Assembly: GCA_964436255.1 (NCBI GenBank)
Contig: CAYTBW010000005.1
Span: 6,374 to 70,373 of the forward strand
Length of the DNA: 64,000 bases
Direction of reading: 5' to 3'
Source: an uncultured Candidatus Saccharibacteria bacterium
GTDB taxonomy: Bacteria; Patescibacteriota; Saccharimonadia; CAILAD01; JADZBC01
The translations under genes and the position numbers were made by a program. Every line of letters begins with the position of its first letter. Position 1 is the first letter of the stretch. Below are positions 19,167 to 29,738 of the stretch, in pieces. The notes below the pieces were generated by a model, which had not been told where the DNA came from, made no database searches, and saw only the letters and a program-made list of their open reading frames with translations.

Positions 19167-20237
19167 ATGGAGTCGACTCAGCTGAGAATCGAACCATTTT
19201 TAGAAGAAGTACTGCGGCGCGATGCGTCTGACTTGCATTTGCAAGTTGGCTTGGCGCCTATGCTTCGTGTTGATGGCGCACTCCAGCCAGTTTCTGGAGG
19301 CAAAGCCCTTAACAGATCAGATGTTGAACTGCTCGCATACTCTTTACTGGACGAAGATCAGAAGAAGATCCTTGTTAAGGATCGCGAATTAGACTTTTCA
19401 TTCGCGTTTGGCAATAAAGCTCGATTTCGTGTAAATGCCTTCCACGAAAAGGGCAATGTAGCCGTTGCCTTGCGTCTTATCCCCACCAAGATTCGCACTC
19501 TAGAAGAGCTGGGCATGCCTCAGATCGTTAGCAAGTTTACCGACTTCCCACGTGGCCTTATGCTTGTTACCGGTCCTACAGGATCTGGAAAGTCTACTAC
19601 GCTGGCGGCTATGGTGGATCAAATTAATACCAACAAGTCTCTTCATATCGTGACGATCGAAGACCCTATAGAGTACGAGCATCATCACAAAAAGTCTATT
19701 GTAGTCCAGCGTGAAGTTCACTTCGACACCAACGGGTTTGCTCCGGCTCTAAGGTCAGCCCTTCGTGAAGACCCGGATGTAGTGCTTATTGGTGAAATGC
19801 GCGACCTCGAAACCATCGCCGCAGCTATTACAATTGCTGAAACCGGTCACCTGGTATTGGCTACGCTACATACCAATAGCGCCGCGCAAACCATTGATCG
19901 CATCATAGACGTATTCCCGCCATACCAGCAGCAGCAGGTGCGCGTACAATTGGCCGGTATATTGCAGGCAATCGTGGCCCAGCGTTTAATCCCAATGGTT
20001 GGTGGCGGCCGAATTGCTGCCGCCGAGATTATGGTGGCGACCTCTGCGGTCCGCAACATTATTCGAGACGCCAAGACACACCAGCTAGACGCGGCTATCC
20101 AGACTGGCGCAGAGTACGGTATGCAGACTATGGACCGTACACTTATTTCGCTCGTACGCTCAGGCAAGATATCGTACGACGAGGCTCGTAACTACGCAGT
20201 CGATCCAGTTGAGCTAGAACGGCTCATGAGGGGCTAG
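19167..20237 (+). CDS. pilT: Type IV pilus retraction ATPase PilT
   Basis: ASDLHL, GPTGSGKSTT, LREDPDVVLIGEMRD, AVRNIIR (AIRNLIRE-like), GMQTMD. Confidence 0.95.
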   Translation: MESTQLRIEPFLEEVLRRDASDLHLQVGLAPMLRVDGALQPVSGGKALNRSDVELLAYSLLDEDQKKILVKDRELDFSFAFGNKARFRVNAFHEKGNVAVALRLIPTKIRTLEELGMPQIVSKFTDFPRGLMLVTGPTGSGKSTTLAAMVDQINTNKSLHIVTIEDPIEYEHHHKKSIVVQREVHFDTNGFAPALRSALREDPDVVLIGEMRDLETIAAAITIAETGHLVLATLHTNSAAQTIDRIIDVFPPYQQQQVRVQLAGILQAIVAQRLIPMVGGGRIAAAEIMVATSAVRNIIRDAKTHQLDAAIQTGAEYGMQTMDRTLISLVRSGKISYDEARNYAVDPVELERLMRG

Positions 20238-20239
20238 CT

Positions 20240-21487
20240 ATGATAGATTACCTATATACAGCTCGTGATCAGTCGAGCGGCTCCATTATCAAAGGCAACA
20301 TTCAGGCCGACAATGAATCAGCTGCTGCTGATTTGCTCATGCAAAAGGATTTAGTCCCCGTTAAAATAGTGCCTGCTAAAAATGGCAAGGTGCTTGGCAT
20401 AGATTTTTCTGGGGTGGAGAAGGTCAAGGCAAGGGATAGAGTAATATTTACTCGTCAGCTGTCCACATTGATTAAAGCAGGGCTGCCGATTACGCAGGCA
20501 CTCGCTACTGCAGTGGACCAGGTAAGTAGCGATAAGTTTAAATCGATTCTGCAAAAGGTCGTGGCTTCGGTTGAAGGCGGCACAAGCTTGGCTGAATCTT
20601 TCGGGCGCTTCCCGGACGTATTTAATCACACCTATGTTAGCCTTGTTAAGGCCGGAGAGACGTCTGGTACCCTTGACGTTGCTCTAGAGCGCTTGGCGGG
20701 TCAGCAGGAGAAGGAACTGGCCATTGCCTCAAAGATACGCGGGGCTCTCATCTACCCACTTCTGGTGCTCGGTGTCATAATCTTGGTGCTCGGTTATATG
20801 CTGGTTTCTGTGCTCCCACAGATTACAGGGCTCTATAGTGACTTAGGAAAGACGCTCCCGATTTACACGAGCATTCTTCTGGGTATTTCACAGTTCACTA
20901 TCAACTACTGGTGGCTGACAATTCTGATTATTGTCGCAATGGTGTTCGGGGTTAGGGCGTATGTGCAGTCCAGGGGCGGTCGGCGCATGCTGGACAAGGT
21001 TAAGTTAACTGCTCCAGTATTTGGTAAGTTGTTTCAAAAAGTCTATATGGCGCGCTTTACACGTACGCTAGGTTCGTTGGTCGCTAGTGGCGTGCCTATG
21101 CTCGAAGCACTCGACATCACAGCCGAATCGGTAAACAACGTGATTATCAAAGACATCATTGATGGTGCTGCCCAGCAAGTTAAGGGCGGTAAGGCCCTTT
21201 CTATGACGTTAAGCAATCATAAATACATTCTGCCGCTTGTACCACAAATGATTCGCATTGGTGAAGACTCTGGTACGCTTGGCGACATGCTGGATAAGGT
21301 CGCTAGCTTTTATGAGGACGAAGTAGACCAGACGGTCAAGAACCTCTCGACCATCATAGAGCCCGTTATGATGATTGTGCTTGGTGGGCTAGTGTTCTTT
21401 ATGATCGCGGCCATTTTGCTACCGGTTTATAGCTTGGTTGGCGGTGGGATCGATACGAACCCTGCTGATACGGTACAGACCAAGTAG
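20240..21487 (+). CDS. pilC: Type IV pilus platform protein PilC
   Basis: FTRQLSTLIKAG, GETSGTLD, GEDSGTLGDML, IIEP. Confidence 0.95.
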   Translation: MIDYLYTARDQSSGSIIKGNIQADNESAAADLLMQKDLVPVKIVPAKNGKVLGIDFSGVEKVKARDRVIFTRQLSTLIKAGLPITQALATAVDQVSSDKFKSILQKVVASVEGGTSLAESFGRFPDVFNHTYVSLVKAGETSGTLDVALERLAGQQEKELAIASKIRGALIYPLLVLGVIILVLGYMLVSVLPQITGLYSDLGKTLPIYTSILLGISQFTINYWWLTILIIVAMVFGVRAYVQSRGGRRMLDKVKLTAPVFGKLFQKVYMARFTRTLGSLVASGVPMLEALDITAESVNNVIIKDIIDGAAQQVKGGKALSMTLSNHKYILPLVPQMIRIGEDSGTLGDMLDKVASFYEDEVDQTVKNLSTIIEPVMMIVLGGLVFFMIAAILLPVYSLVGGGIDTNPADTVQTK

Positions 21488-21562
21488 CTATTGACTGGCA
21501 TGGTTAAATCAACTAATCTAAACATAAGAACTTTAAAGAATATTACAAAGGAGAATTTATAA

Positions 21563-21991
21563 ATGTTAGCTCTTAAGAAAAAAGGTTTCACATTAATCGA
21601 GATAGTGATCGTTTTGGCAATAGCCGCTTTGATCTTGGTAATTGTATTCTTGGCAGTTGGTGGCGCCCAGCGTAGCCAACGTGATAACGCCAGCAAGGAC
21701 GCCGCATCTAGGGTGATCGCGGCATACACTACGTACTTGGGTGATAACTCAAACAAAGCCCCTACTACAGACGCACAGATGAGTACATATTTGACTGATG
21801 TTAAAGATGCGCGCGGTAATGTGCCAACAATTAGTGCCACCGCCTTTTCTGCTGCCGCTAAGACGGATTTTAGATACACGCCTAAGGGGACATGTGCATC
21901 TGGTGCTACCGTTGTTGGGACCTCAGATACAGCAATCGCTGTAGTTTACTACTCTGAGTCAAAAGGCGGTTCGGTCTGCATGAGCAATTAG
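21563..21991 (+). CDS. Type IV pilin (likely major pilin)
   Basis: KKG|FTLIEIVIVLAI class III signal; SD AAAGGAG; followed by a strong hairpin. Confidence 0.9.
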   Translation: MLALKKKGFTLIEIVIVLAIAALILVIVFLAVGGAQRSQRDNASKDAASRVIAAYTTYLGDNSNKAPTTDAQMSTYLTDVKDARGNVPTISATAFSAAAKTDFRYTPKGTCASGATVVGTSDTAIAVVYYSESKGGSVCMSN

Positions 21992-22004
21992 GGCTAAGGT
22001 CTTA

Positions 22005-22050
22005 TTCTGCAATCTAAAAGCGCCCCTGTGGGCGCTTTTAGATTGCAGAA
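22005..22050. terminator. Perfect 21-bp inverted repeat (terminator-like)
   Basis: TTCTGCAATCTAAAAGCGCCC-CTGT-GGGCGCTTTTAGATTGCAGAA. Confidence 0.8.
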
Positions 22051-22077
22051 ACATAAGAACTATACTAGAGTAGACAT

Positions 22078-22506
22078 ATGAAACGTTTCCAAAAAGGCTT
22101 TACTCTGGTTGAGATCATTATGGTGTTAGGGATTGCTTCTCTTATTACTGCAGCAGTCTTCATTGCAGTTAGTGGCGCACAACGTAGCGCCCGAGACACC
22201 ACTCGCCGAGCAGATACTCAGAAGCTGGCGACTGCAATTGAGCAGTATGCAGCTAACCATAACGGGTCTTTGCCGCAAACAGAGGCAGAGCTACGGGGTC
22301 TGACCGAACCTGGTAACGGTTATATTGACCCAGCTAAGTTTAAAGACCCTAAGGATGGCATGACATACAGGCTTTTTATGCGCCCTACAGACAGTTTTAG
22401 CTTCTTCTGGACTGGTAACATGTTCTACATATATGATCCGGCCAACCCTAGCGAATACCGTATTATGTCCAAACTTGAGGGCGGCCAATATACATATACG
22501 CCGTAA
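22078..22506 (+). CDS. Type IV pilin / GspG-like pseudopilin
   Basis: QKG|FTLVE; RDTTRRAD..AIEQY..KDP motif. Confidence 0.88.
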   Translation: MKRFQKGFTLVEIIMVLGIASLITAAVFIAVSGAQRSARDTTRRADTQKLATAIEQYAANHNGSLPQTEAELRGLTEPGNGYIDPAKFKDPKDGMTYRLFMRPTDSFSFFWTGNMFYIYDPANPSEYRIMSKLEGGQYTYTP

Positions 22507-23273
22507 TGATTGTTCTATTCGGTATTCTAGGTCTGTTGGTGGGCAGCTTCCTCAATGTCCTTATACTCCGCACAAAGAGCGGTAAAAGCTTCGTAGCGGG
22601 TCGCTCTGAGTGCCCTAAGTGTCACAAAGCCCTCGCATGGTACGAACTCGTGCCCGTGTTGAGCTACGTGCTGCAGAAGGGCAGGTGTAGGGGCTGTCGA
22701 GCAAAGATTAGCCCGCAGTACCCATTGGTCGAATTACTCACGGGGGCTGTCTATGCTGCGCTGTATATGGCAATTGGAGTAGAGTCTTCACAAGCTGTAT
22801 TTAGCTTATGCATATGGCTTGCCGCCGCAAGCTTGCTAATCGCCGCAGCGGTGTACGATTCGCGGTGGATGATTTTGCCGGACCGGTTCATGATTCCGCT
22901 TATAGTTCTAGGAATCATAAACGTTATCGTATTGAATACAGTTTTTGATCAAAGCGTGCTAATTCCTCGGCTGATAGCAGCGTCTGCATTTGCATTATTC
23001 TTTACAACACTTTGGCTCGTCTCATCTGGAAAATGGTTAGGCGATGGCGACATTCGGCTGGCTTTTGCCATGGGCTTGCTACTCAGTTTTGAGCAACTTT
23101 TGGTAGGGATATTCTTTGCCTTTAACATCGCTGCCGTAGTAGCAATTGGGCTGTTACTGAACAAAAAGAAGACGCGGCATGATGCGGTACCGCTCGGCCC
23201 GTTCTTAATAATTGGTACATTTATCGGCTTGTTCTTTGGCCAAGCAATTATGAATTTTTACCTTGGTTTGTAG
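22506..23273 (+). CDS. pilD: Prepilin peptidase PilD
   Basis: GSFLNV, RSECPKC, GRCRGC, GDGDI, PLGPF. Confidence 0.93.
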   Translation: MIVLFGILGLLVGSFLNVLILRTKSGKSFVAGRSECPKCHKALAWYELVPVLSYVLQKGRCRGCRAKISPQYPLVELLTGAVYAALYMAIGVESSQAVFSLCIWLAAASLLIAAAVYDSRWMILPDRFMIPLIVLGIINVIVLNTVFDQSVLIPRLIAASAFALFFTTLWLVSSGKWLGDGDIRLAFAMGLLLSFEQLLVGIFFAFNIAAVVAIGLLLNKKKTRHDAVPLGPFLIIGTFIGLFFGQAIMNFYLGL

Positions 23274-23323
23274 CGAATTCTCGGTAGCATAAGTGGTATA
23301 ATATATCCAATTGGAAAGCATTT

Positions 23324-24040
23324 ATGTACAGGCTAAAAAAACATATTTTTAATCGTCAGCCCCAGGGCATTGGATTGGTAGAAGTGATACTCGTTATCGC
23401 CATTGCCGGCTTTATGATTACCTTGGCTATCAGCGGCATATCTAGTGGTGGTCGCTCTAGCTTCGACGACGGCATGAAGCAAGTACTCAATGACCTCCGT
23501 CAGGTTCAAAACGAAGCAGCCAGTGGACAGGCTATCGGTACCGTGCCTGGTGGGAGCGAATTATTTGGTAAGGGTGTTGGATTCGCTACTAAGGCCGACG
23601 AGGTGCCTGCTGGGTCCTTTGTCTTTCGGGGCTCGGGGCTAGATTCTGTAGGAATTGACTCTCGAAAATACTTTGCGCTGCGTACGACCGGCACTGACAC
23701 ACTTACTGAGCACAGCCCCGCTGCTAGCGCTTACCCAGGCTCTGTGGCCCTCAAGAGCATAGAGGTCGTGCCCAATGCTGGCGGTAACGCCGTAGCTTAT
23801 TCTAAGGGCACCCTGGTCTTTACCGGTGGGGGCGCGAATTCAGGCAACGTATTACCTTATTTCTTTCCCAATTATGGCGTGGCAGATCCGTCACCAGCTT
23901 CAGGAGTAGGCACTGTAGCGCCATATGCGCAGTCACAGGATAACAAAGTTACGTTAACTTATGTGGGCAGGAGTAACACTGGCTATACTGCAAAAATTGA
24001 GGTCAATACTGCAACGGGCACAATGGAGCTGAAGCAGTGA
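23324..24040 (+). CDS. Minor pilin (FimT/PulH-like)
   Basis: QG|IGLVEVILVIAI prepilin motif. Confidence 0.75.
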   Translation: MYRLKKHIFNRQPQGIGLVEVILVIAIAGFMITLAISGISSGGRSSFDDGMKQVLNDLRQVQNEAASGQAIGTVPGGSELFGKGVGFATKADEVPAGSFVFRGSGLDSVGIDSRKYFALRTTGTDTLTEHSPAASAYPGSVALKSIEVVPNAGGNAVAYSKGTLVFTGGGANSGNVLPYFFPNYGVADPSPASGVGTVAPYAQSQDNKVTLTYVGRSNTGYTAKIEVNTATGTMELKQ

Positions 24041-24528
24041 AGCTGAAGAATAGGCGGGGGGACACCTTGATCGAGGTTATATTTGCTTTGGCTATCTTGG
24101 CCACCATACTTACTGTGGTAACAAGCGGTGCAATTACAGCCTGGCGAACTTCGCGTGCTGCCGGTGAACGGGCGCAGGCTGCCGCTATGGCCACTGAGCA
24201 GGTGGAGGCACTAAGGTCTTATAAGCAAGCCTTGGAGTGGGGGGATTTTAGGGATACCATTCTTGGCCTCACCTCGCCTTATCATGCGGAAATTTCTGGC
24301 CTGAACGCCCTTCCCGATATGCCGTATTGGGACTTGAAGCCAGGTACTATAAACGGAGAGTTGCTCGATGCCCCACTCCCTGGTGCGATTGTAGGGCTAT
24401 CCCCAAAGAATCCGGTTACGAGCACGAGCACTTCGATCGATTTAGAAGTTACCGTTACCTGGAAGACGCTAGGTTCAAGCGTGACCAATAAGACAACGCA
24501 GCTTGTAACACTCTCGGAGAACAAGTAG
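24037..24528 (+). CDS. Minor pilin (PilV-like)
   Basis: RRG|DTLIEV; A..MA.EQVEALRS; VTVTW. Confidence 0.78.
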   Translation: MKLKNRRGDTLIEVIFALAILATILTVVTSGAITAWRTSRAAGERAQAAAMATEQVEALRSYKQALEWGDFRDTILGLTSPYHAEISGLNALPDMPYWDLKPGTINGELLDAPLPGAIVGLSPKNPVTSTSTSIDLEVTVTWKTLGSSVTNKTTQLVTLSENK

Positions 24529-25091
24529 TGAAGATGCGCTGTAACGACAGAAAAGGCTTCACACTCATTGAGCTAATATTCGCCATGGCAGGCTTTAGTA
24601 TTATGCTAATTGTAGCCGTGTCTGGCTTTCTAAACGCGGTCGGGATTTATAATCAGGCTAATGTAAGTAGGGACAATCAACAGCAGGTCCGAAGGGCTAT
24701 GGAGCAGTTGGCGGGAGACATTCGTGTGGCCAAGGGCGCCACAACGAGCACTGCTGGATCCGGGACTTGGCTATGCTTAGAGGGCCTACCTAGCGGCAAC
24801 ACAGCTTACTATAGACTCAGCGGTAGCTCTGAACTGAAGCAACAAGATCTAGCACCGGGTGTTGATTGTGCCACGTTCGCTGCTGCGCCTACGGCAATCG
24901 CTGGCGATTCAGGAGTACTCCTAAACGTGAGCGCGTTTGAGCCTACCAAGCTACAACAATCCGATGCCGATGCCGGCTCCGTAAGGGTACTCATTGGGGT
25001 TCAGAGGGGGAGCGAGTCTTCGCCTCGTGCTAGGCAATTTAGCAATGCTTATGAGTTGCAGTCTACATACTTCCTGAGGGGAGGGCTGTAG
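24528..25091 (+). CDS. Minor pilin (PilW-like)
   Basis: RKG|FTLIEL; MEQLAGDIR. Confidence 0.78.
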   Translation: MKMRCNDRKGFTLIELIFAMAGFSIMLIVAVSGFLNAVGIYNQANVSRDNQQQVRRAMEQLAGDIRVAKGATTSTAGSGTWLCLEGLPSGNTAYYRLSGSSELKQQDLAPGVDCATFAAAPTAIAGDSGVLLNVSAFEPTKLQQSDADAGSVRVLIGVQRGSESSPRARQFSNAYELQSTYFLRGGL

Positions 25092-25092
25092 C

Positions 25093-26175
25093 ATGGCGTT
25101 AACAGCTCAGCGATTATCTGCTAGCATAAGGAGTATGAAAAACCGACTAAATACTCAAGCTGGCGGAGCTTCACTTTTAGTTACCGTAGTTCTAGCCCTT
25201 TTACTATTAGGCGTAGTTGGTGGACTTACTACGCTGTCCGTGCGTGAATTGCGCCAAGCAAGTAACACAGAGCAGTCTAATCGTGCGTTGAGCGCGGCGG
25301 AGTCATTTGTGGAACAGAAGGCAAACGAAATCGTGGTCGCTGGTAGCACAGCCTTTAACGATACGTGCAAAAACCAGAGCATCGGCGGTGCTGCGGACAA
25401 CCTCGCCATTACTTGCTACACAGTTACAAAAGGAAGGGGCGATAGCGCAGAGGCGGTACTAGATAGGGATAAGACATTCCGACTCCAGCTTGATGACGTC
25501 TCACCAGCACCCGCCAGTATGTCCATAGAGTGGCATGTAGAGTCCGACGGGAGTCTACCTGATAATTGGGCTGACTATTATGCAGGGGCCGGTTGGCCAA
25601 CCACTTTTGAAGGCGAGGGGGATGTCCCTGCTGCAATCGAGACTACCTTCGTAGCTTGGCAAAAGAGCAGCGGCAACATTGTCCCTAATGCTACTGATGG
25701 GGACTTTGGTCTGCCACTAAAGAAGTACTTAACGAAACCTGGTGGCAGCAATGGTACTACAATCCAGACTATTTGTGGTGAACCAGAAGAGGGTTATTAT
25801 TGTAGGACTTCCAGCCGCATTAATCTAGCCACTGCTACGGGCCAGCCTATTGGTAGCAATCTGGTCTTCAAAATCACTCCACGCTACAGTGGCGCCAAAG
25901 TACGGATCAAGTTTTTTGACAGTACTGGTAAGGTTATTACGATTCCGCTACCATACGCGACTATTGATGTTACTGCCCGGGCTAACAACCTATATAGACG
26001 GGTCGTAGCTACTAAAGCGCTTGATCCGACATTGGCCTATAGTCATTTAGATGGAAATGTCTTGTTCTCGGGCAAGAACATCTGCAAGACACTCATGGTT
26101 GGGAGTGACTACAATGGGGTGAATGGTGGTAATGGTACGAATGATGTAAATTGCGAGAACCCACCACCCGAATAA
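25093..26175 (+). CDS. Minor pilin (PilX-like)
   Basis: QAG|GASLLV without Glu5; RALSAAES PilX N-terminal motif. Confidence 0.75.
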   Translation: MALTAQRLSASIRSMKNRLNTQAGGASLLVTVVLALLLLGVVGGLTTLSVRELRQASNTEQSNRALSAAESFVEQKANEIVVAGSTAFNDTCKNQSIGGAADNLAITCYTVTKGRGDSAEAVLDRDKTFRLQLDDVSPAPASMSIEWHVESDGSLPDNWADYYAGAGWPTTFEGEGDVPAAIETTFVAWQKSSGNIVPNATDGDFGLPLKKYLTKPGGSNGTTIQTICGEPEEGYYCRTSSRINLATATGQPIGSNLVFKITPRYSGAKVRIKFFDSTGKVITIPLPYATIDVTARANNLYRRVVATKALDPTLAYSHLDGNVLFSGKNICKTLMVGSDYNGVNGGNGTNDVNCENPPPE

Positions 26176-26178
26176 TAT

Positions 26179-27090
26179 TTAGCTATTATCCGAATGGAAC
26201 TTTTTATGCACGTCCTTCAGGTGCGGGTCGGTAATGTGGGTGTAAACTTGTGTTGTCGAGATGTTGGAATGTCCCAGCAGACCCTGCACGCTACGGATGT
26301 CAGCACCGTTCATAAGTAGGTCCGTGGCAAAGCTATGCCGCAGCGTGTGTGGCGTAACGTGCTTGGTTATGCCAGCTAGCTTGCTGTACTTTTCAACAAT
26401 ACGCTGAATGCTGCGAGTGGTAAGTCGGGTGTATTCGCCGCCTTCGAGCTCGCTTTTGCTACCACTAAAGTGGATAAAGAGAGGGTCGAAGTCGTCTTTT
26501 CGACCCTGCAGGTAATCTGCCAAGATTTGTGTTGCCGAATCGCTCAGGTACACCGGCCGATCTTTTTGGCCTTTACCACGCACACTGAACTCACCACGTT
26601 CTAAGTTAATGCTGTCGCGATTGAGCGCCACCAACTCGGATACACGCAGCCCGGTAGAGAACAGGAGGGCCAGGATGGCACGATCGCGCTTACCAGTTTG
26701 CGTATCAGGCTTCACGGCCTCCATGAGCCTGTGAACTTCGTCTTTGTCCAGGAAGCTTACTTGTGGCCGTTTCGCCACCGCAAGCTCTATCTTGTCAGGG
26801 CTGAGGCTGGTTATGTCACGCTTAACCAAGTAGCGTAGGAAGCTACGCATAGCAATTAGGTGGTAGTTTTGCGTAGTGCGGCTAATACTGCGCCCATCGT
26901 CGGTGACGTAGCGGTTTAGCCATTGGCGCCATTTGCTGATGGTGTCGAGGGTGATTTTATCTACCTTAATCTCACCTGTGAACTCGTCGAAGCGGTTTAG
27001 GTAATGCGAATAGTTCTCGATCGTCTTGAGGCTGCGCCCACGCTCGACCTCTAAGTATTCTAAAAAGTCACCCATGTAGTCGCTAAACAT
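26179..27090 (-). CDS. XerC/XerD-family tyrosine recombinase
   Basis: RDRAIL, GLRVSEL, RGKG, HTLRHSFAT, LLGHS, QVYTH. Confidence 0.93.
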   Translation of the reverse strand: MFSDYMGDFLEYLEVERGRSLKTIENYSHYLNRFDEFTGEIKVDKITLDTISKWRQWLNRYVTDDGRSISRTTQNYHLIAMRSFLRYLVKRDITSLSPDKIELAVAKRPQVSFLDKDEVHRLMEAVKPDTQTGKRDRAILALLFSTGLRVSELVALNRDSINLERGEFSVRGKGQKDRPVYLSDSATQILADYLQGRKDDFDPLFIHFSGSKSELEGGEYTRLTTRSIQRIVEKYSKLAGITKHVTPHTLRHSFATDLLMNGADIRSVQGLLGHSNISTTQVYTHITDPHLKDVHKKFHSDNS

Positions 27091-27169
27091 ACTCTTAGCT
27101 TAAGCTGTTTTGGGTGCAACCGCAAGCTGACAAAGTGACAGTTTTCAGGTATAATTAGCCTCGATTTGT

Positions 27170-29059
27170 ATGACTGCCAAAGCTAAAAACACAACTGAAT
27201 ATGACGTGATTGTGGTAGGAGCTGGGCACGCTGGCTGCGAAGCAGCTGTAGCGGCAGCAAAGCTTGGTGCTCGCACCGCGCTGATCACGACTACACTAAC
27301 TAAAGTAGCGACTCTGCCGTGCAACCCTTCCGTAGGTGGACCAGGCAAGGGCCACTTAGTCCGCGAAATCGGCGCCCTGGGCGGCATTATGGCCGATGTG
27401 GTGGACGCGAGCGCCATACAGCTAAAGGAGCTTAATACCTCCAAAGGACCTGCCGTACGGGCTTACAGAGCGCAGATAGACAAGCCAGGCTATAACGACA
27501 ACATGCTAGCGGTTTTGCGAGCCACAAAGGGCTTAGAGCTTATTGAAGACGAGGTGAGCGGGGTAGACGCTGAGCGCGGCAAGATTACGGCCGTACAGAC
27601 CAAGCATCGAGGCGCACTTGCTACTAAATCAGTCATTATCTGTGCTGGTACGTTCCTAAACGGCGAAATTGTGGTGGGGGACAGAGTGGTGCGCAAGGGT
27701 GGGCGGATCGACGAAGACTCCGTTGGTGGGCTCACAGAGTCATTGGTTAAGCTGGGGCTTAAGCACGGTAGGCTCAAGACCGGAACTCCTCCGCGCATAG
27801 CGCGCGACAGCATTGACTACAGTAAGATGGAGCTGGCTCCAGGTACGGCGGGTCCCGTTAGCTTCAGCTATCCAGATAGGGAGGTCTTGCCGCTAGAGAG
27901 CCAAGAGCCTTGCTACCTAACCTACACCACTCCACAGACGCACAAGATTATCATGGATAACCTTAAAAAGTCACCTGTGTTCTCAGGCATGATTAATGAG
28001 CGAGCCCCTAGGAGCTGCCCATCGCTTGATCTGAAGGTGGCGAACTTTCCAGATAAGGAGCGCCACCCGCTATTCATAGAGCCGGAGGGTCGAGTAGGTG
28101 GACCTGACGGTAACCGCATGTACATACAGGGAGGATCCTTGGCCTTCCCCGAGGAAGTGCAGGAAGAAATTATCCACAGCGTGCCCGGTCTAGAACGTGC
28201 ACAGTTTTTAGCCCATGGCTATGCGGTTGTATACGATTATTTTTTGCCCCATCAGCTCAAGCTCACATTGGAAACAAAAGTTGTTCAAGGTTTGTATTTT
28301 GCCGGTCAAATGAATGGAACCACGGGCTACGAAGAAGCAGCCGCTCAGGGGCTAATATCAGGAGTGAATGCCGCTCATAAGGCTCTCGGCAGGCCAGAAT
28401 TTACGTTGGATAGAACGCAGGCTTACATCGGTGTTTTGATTGAGGATTTAACGACCAAAACACACGTGGAGCCGTATAGAATGTTCACCAGCCGCGCCGA
28501 ATATCGCTTGCTGTTGCGCAACGACAATGCCGATGTGCGCCTGACCAGGCTCGGTTACGAGCTAGGCCTTGTCAGCGAAGCGTCGTACATGAGCGTAGAG
28601 GAAAAGCAGGCGGGCATACAAAAAGCCCTAAAGGAGTTGCAACAGGTTAGGGTTCGCCAGGACCATGGCAGGATGCCGCTCTATGAGCTCCTTGCTAGGC
28701 CAGAGGTGAAACTGGCCGACCTAGTAAAGGATCATAATCTAGATATTCCAGATGACTTGATTGACGCCGTAGAGCTCGAGGCCAAATACCATGGTTACTT
28801 TGAGCGTCAGCAGCGTGAGGCGGACAGGTTGCGCGACAAGGCCGGCCAACCAATACCAGATGACTTTGATTACGAAAAGGTTAGGGGACTGCGTAATGAA
28901 GCGCGTAAGCGGCTCGAGGAGATTCAACCAACCACCCTGGCGCAGGCCGGTAAAGTGCAGGGGATTACGCCAGCTGATTTGAGTATTCTGATGATAGCGC
29001 TACATGGTTATCGGCACCGTGGCCAGAGTGCGCGCAAAGCTGCTACAATAACAACTTGA
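27170..29059 (+). CDS. mnmG: tRNA U34 modification enzyme MnmG (GidA)
   Basis: GAGHAGCEAA, CNPSVGG, RLKTGTPPR, GTTGYEEAAAQG, EPYRMFTSRAEYRL. Confidence 0.97.
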   Translation: MTAKAKNTTEYDVIVVGAGHAGCEAAVAAAKLGARTALITTTLTKVATLPCNPSVGGPGKGHLVREIGALGGIMADVVDASAIQLKELNTSKGPAVRAYRAQIDKPGYNDNMLAVLRATKGLELIEDEVSGVDAERGKITAVQTKHRGALATKSVIICAGTFLNGEIVVGDRVVRKGGRIDEDSVGGLTESLVKLGLKHGRLKTGTPPRIARDSIDYSKMELAPGTAGPVSFSYPDREVLPLESQEPCYLTYTTPQTHKIIMDNLKKSPVFSGMINERAPRSCPSLDLKVANFPDKERHPLFIEPEGRVGGPDGNRMYIQGGSLAFPEEVQEEIIHSVPGLERAQFLAHGYAVVYDYFLPHQLKLTLETKVVQGLYFAGQMNGTTGYEEAAAQGLISGVNAAHKALGRPEFTLDRTQAYIGVLIEDLTTKTHVEPYRMFTSRAEYRLLLRNDNADVRLTRLGYELGLVSEASYMSVEEKQAGIQKALKELQQVRVRQDHGRMPLYELLARPEVKLADLVKDHNLDIPDDLIDAVELEAKYHGYFERQQREADRLRDKAGQPIPDDFDYEKVRGLRNEARKRLEEIQPTTLAQAGKVQGITPADLSILMIALHGYRHRGQSARKAATITT

Positions 29060-29077
29060 TACAGAAGGAGAACTAGG

Positions 29078-29569
29078 ATGGAAAGAACGTTAGTTATTGT
29101 TAAGCCTGACGGCGTGGCGCGAGGACTTATTGGCAGGATTATTCAGCGATTTGAAGACGCCGGCATGAAGGTGATCGGCATGAAGCTTATGAATGTGAAC
29201 AAAGAGCACGCCGATGCACATTACGATGGCCTGGCAGAACGCGTGAGCCAGAAGGTCTTTGATGAAGCAACTGCTTACATGTCAGAAGGGCCGGTATTGG
29301 CATTTGTACTTGAAGGCGTTGGCGTGATTGCCGCTGTGCGTAAGATCGCAGGAACTACCGAACCACTCGGCGCAGCACCAGGAACAATTCGCGGTGACTT
29401 TGCGCATGAGAACTACAACTGGGGGGATAGTAACAACAAATCCTTGCGTAACTTGGTACATGCTTCAGGTAATGCCGAGGAAGCTGCTCACGAGATCAAG
29501 CTCTGGTTCGCTGACGAAGATATTCACGACTATAAGACCGTTCATCAGATCCATACCTTTGGTCACTAG
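29078..29569 (+). CDS. ndk: Nucleoside diphosphate kinase
   Basis: ERTLVIVKPDGV, PGTIRGDF, NLVHASG. Confidence 0.97.
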   Translation: MERTLVIVKPDGVARGLIGRIIQRFEDAGMKVIGMKLMNVNKEHADAHYDGLAERVSQKVFDEATAYMSEGPVLAFVLEGVGVIAAVRKIAGTTEPLGAAPGTIRGDFAHENYNWGDSNNKSLRNLVHASGNAEEAAHEIKLWFADEDIHDYKTVHQIHTFGH

Positions 29570-29590
29570 TGATAAGTTCTAATAATACTG

Positions 29591-29616
29591 AAGCCCCGAG
29601 TAATCTCGGGGCTTTT
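29591..29616 (+). terminator. Intrinsic terminator after ndk
   Basis: AAGCCCCGAG-TAAT-CTCGGGGCTT followed by TT. Confidence 0.8.
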
Positions 29617-29738
29617 GGTTTGCGGGACCGGTCCAGTGCCGTAATCCCGCGCTTCAGGTGTCGATGGATCGAAGCAGGGCTCCGATGATCAGGCCGATGA
29701 ATCGACCAATCCGGTAGGCCAGGCGCTGTGAGCATGTC

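Noticed and set aside
26179-27090. Xer recombinase as the integrase of the cassette array
   Set aside because: It looks like a housekeeping XerC/D without the IntI-specific insertion and is separated from the array by mnmG and ndk. No link is visible in the sequence.
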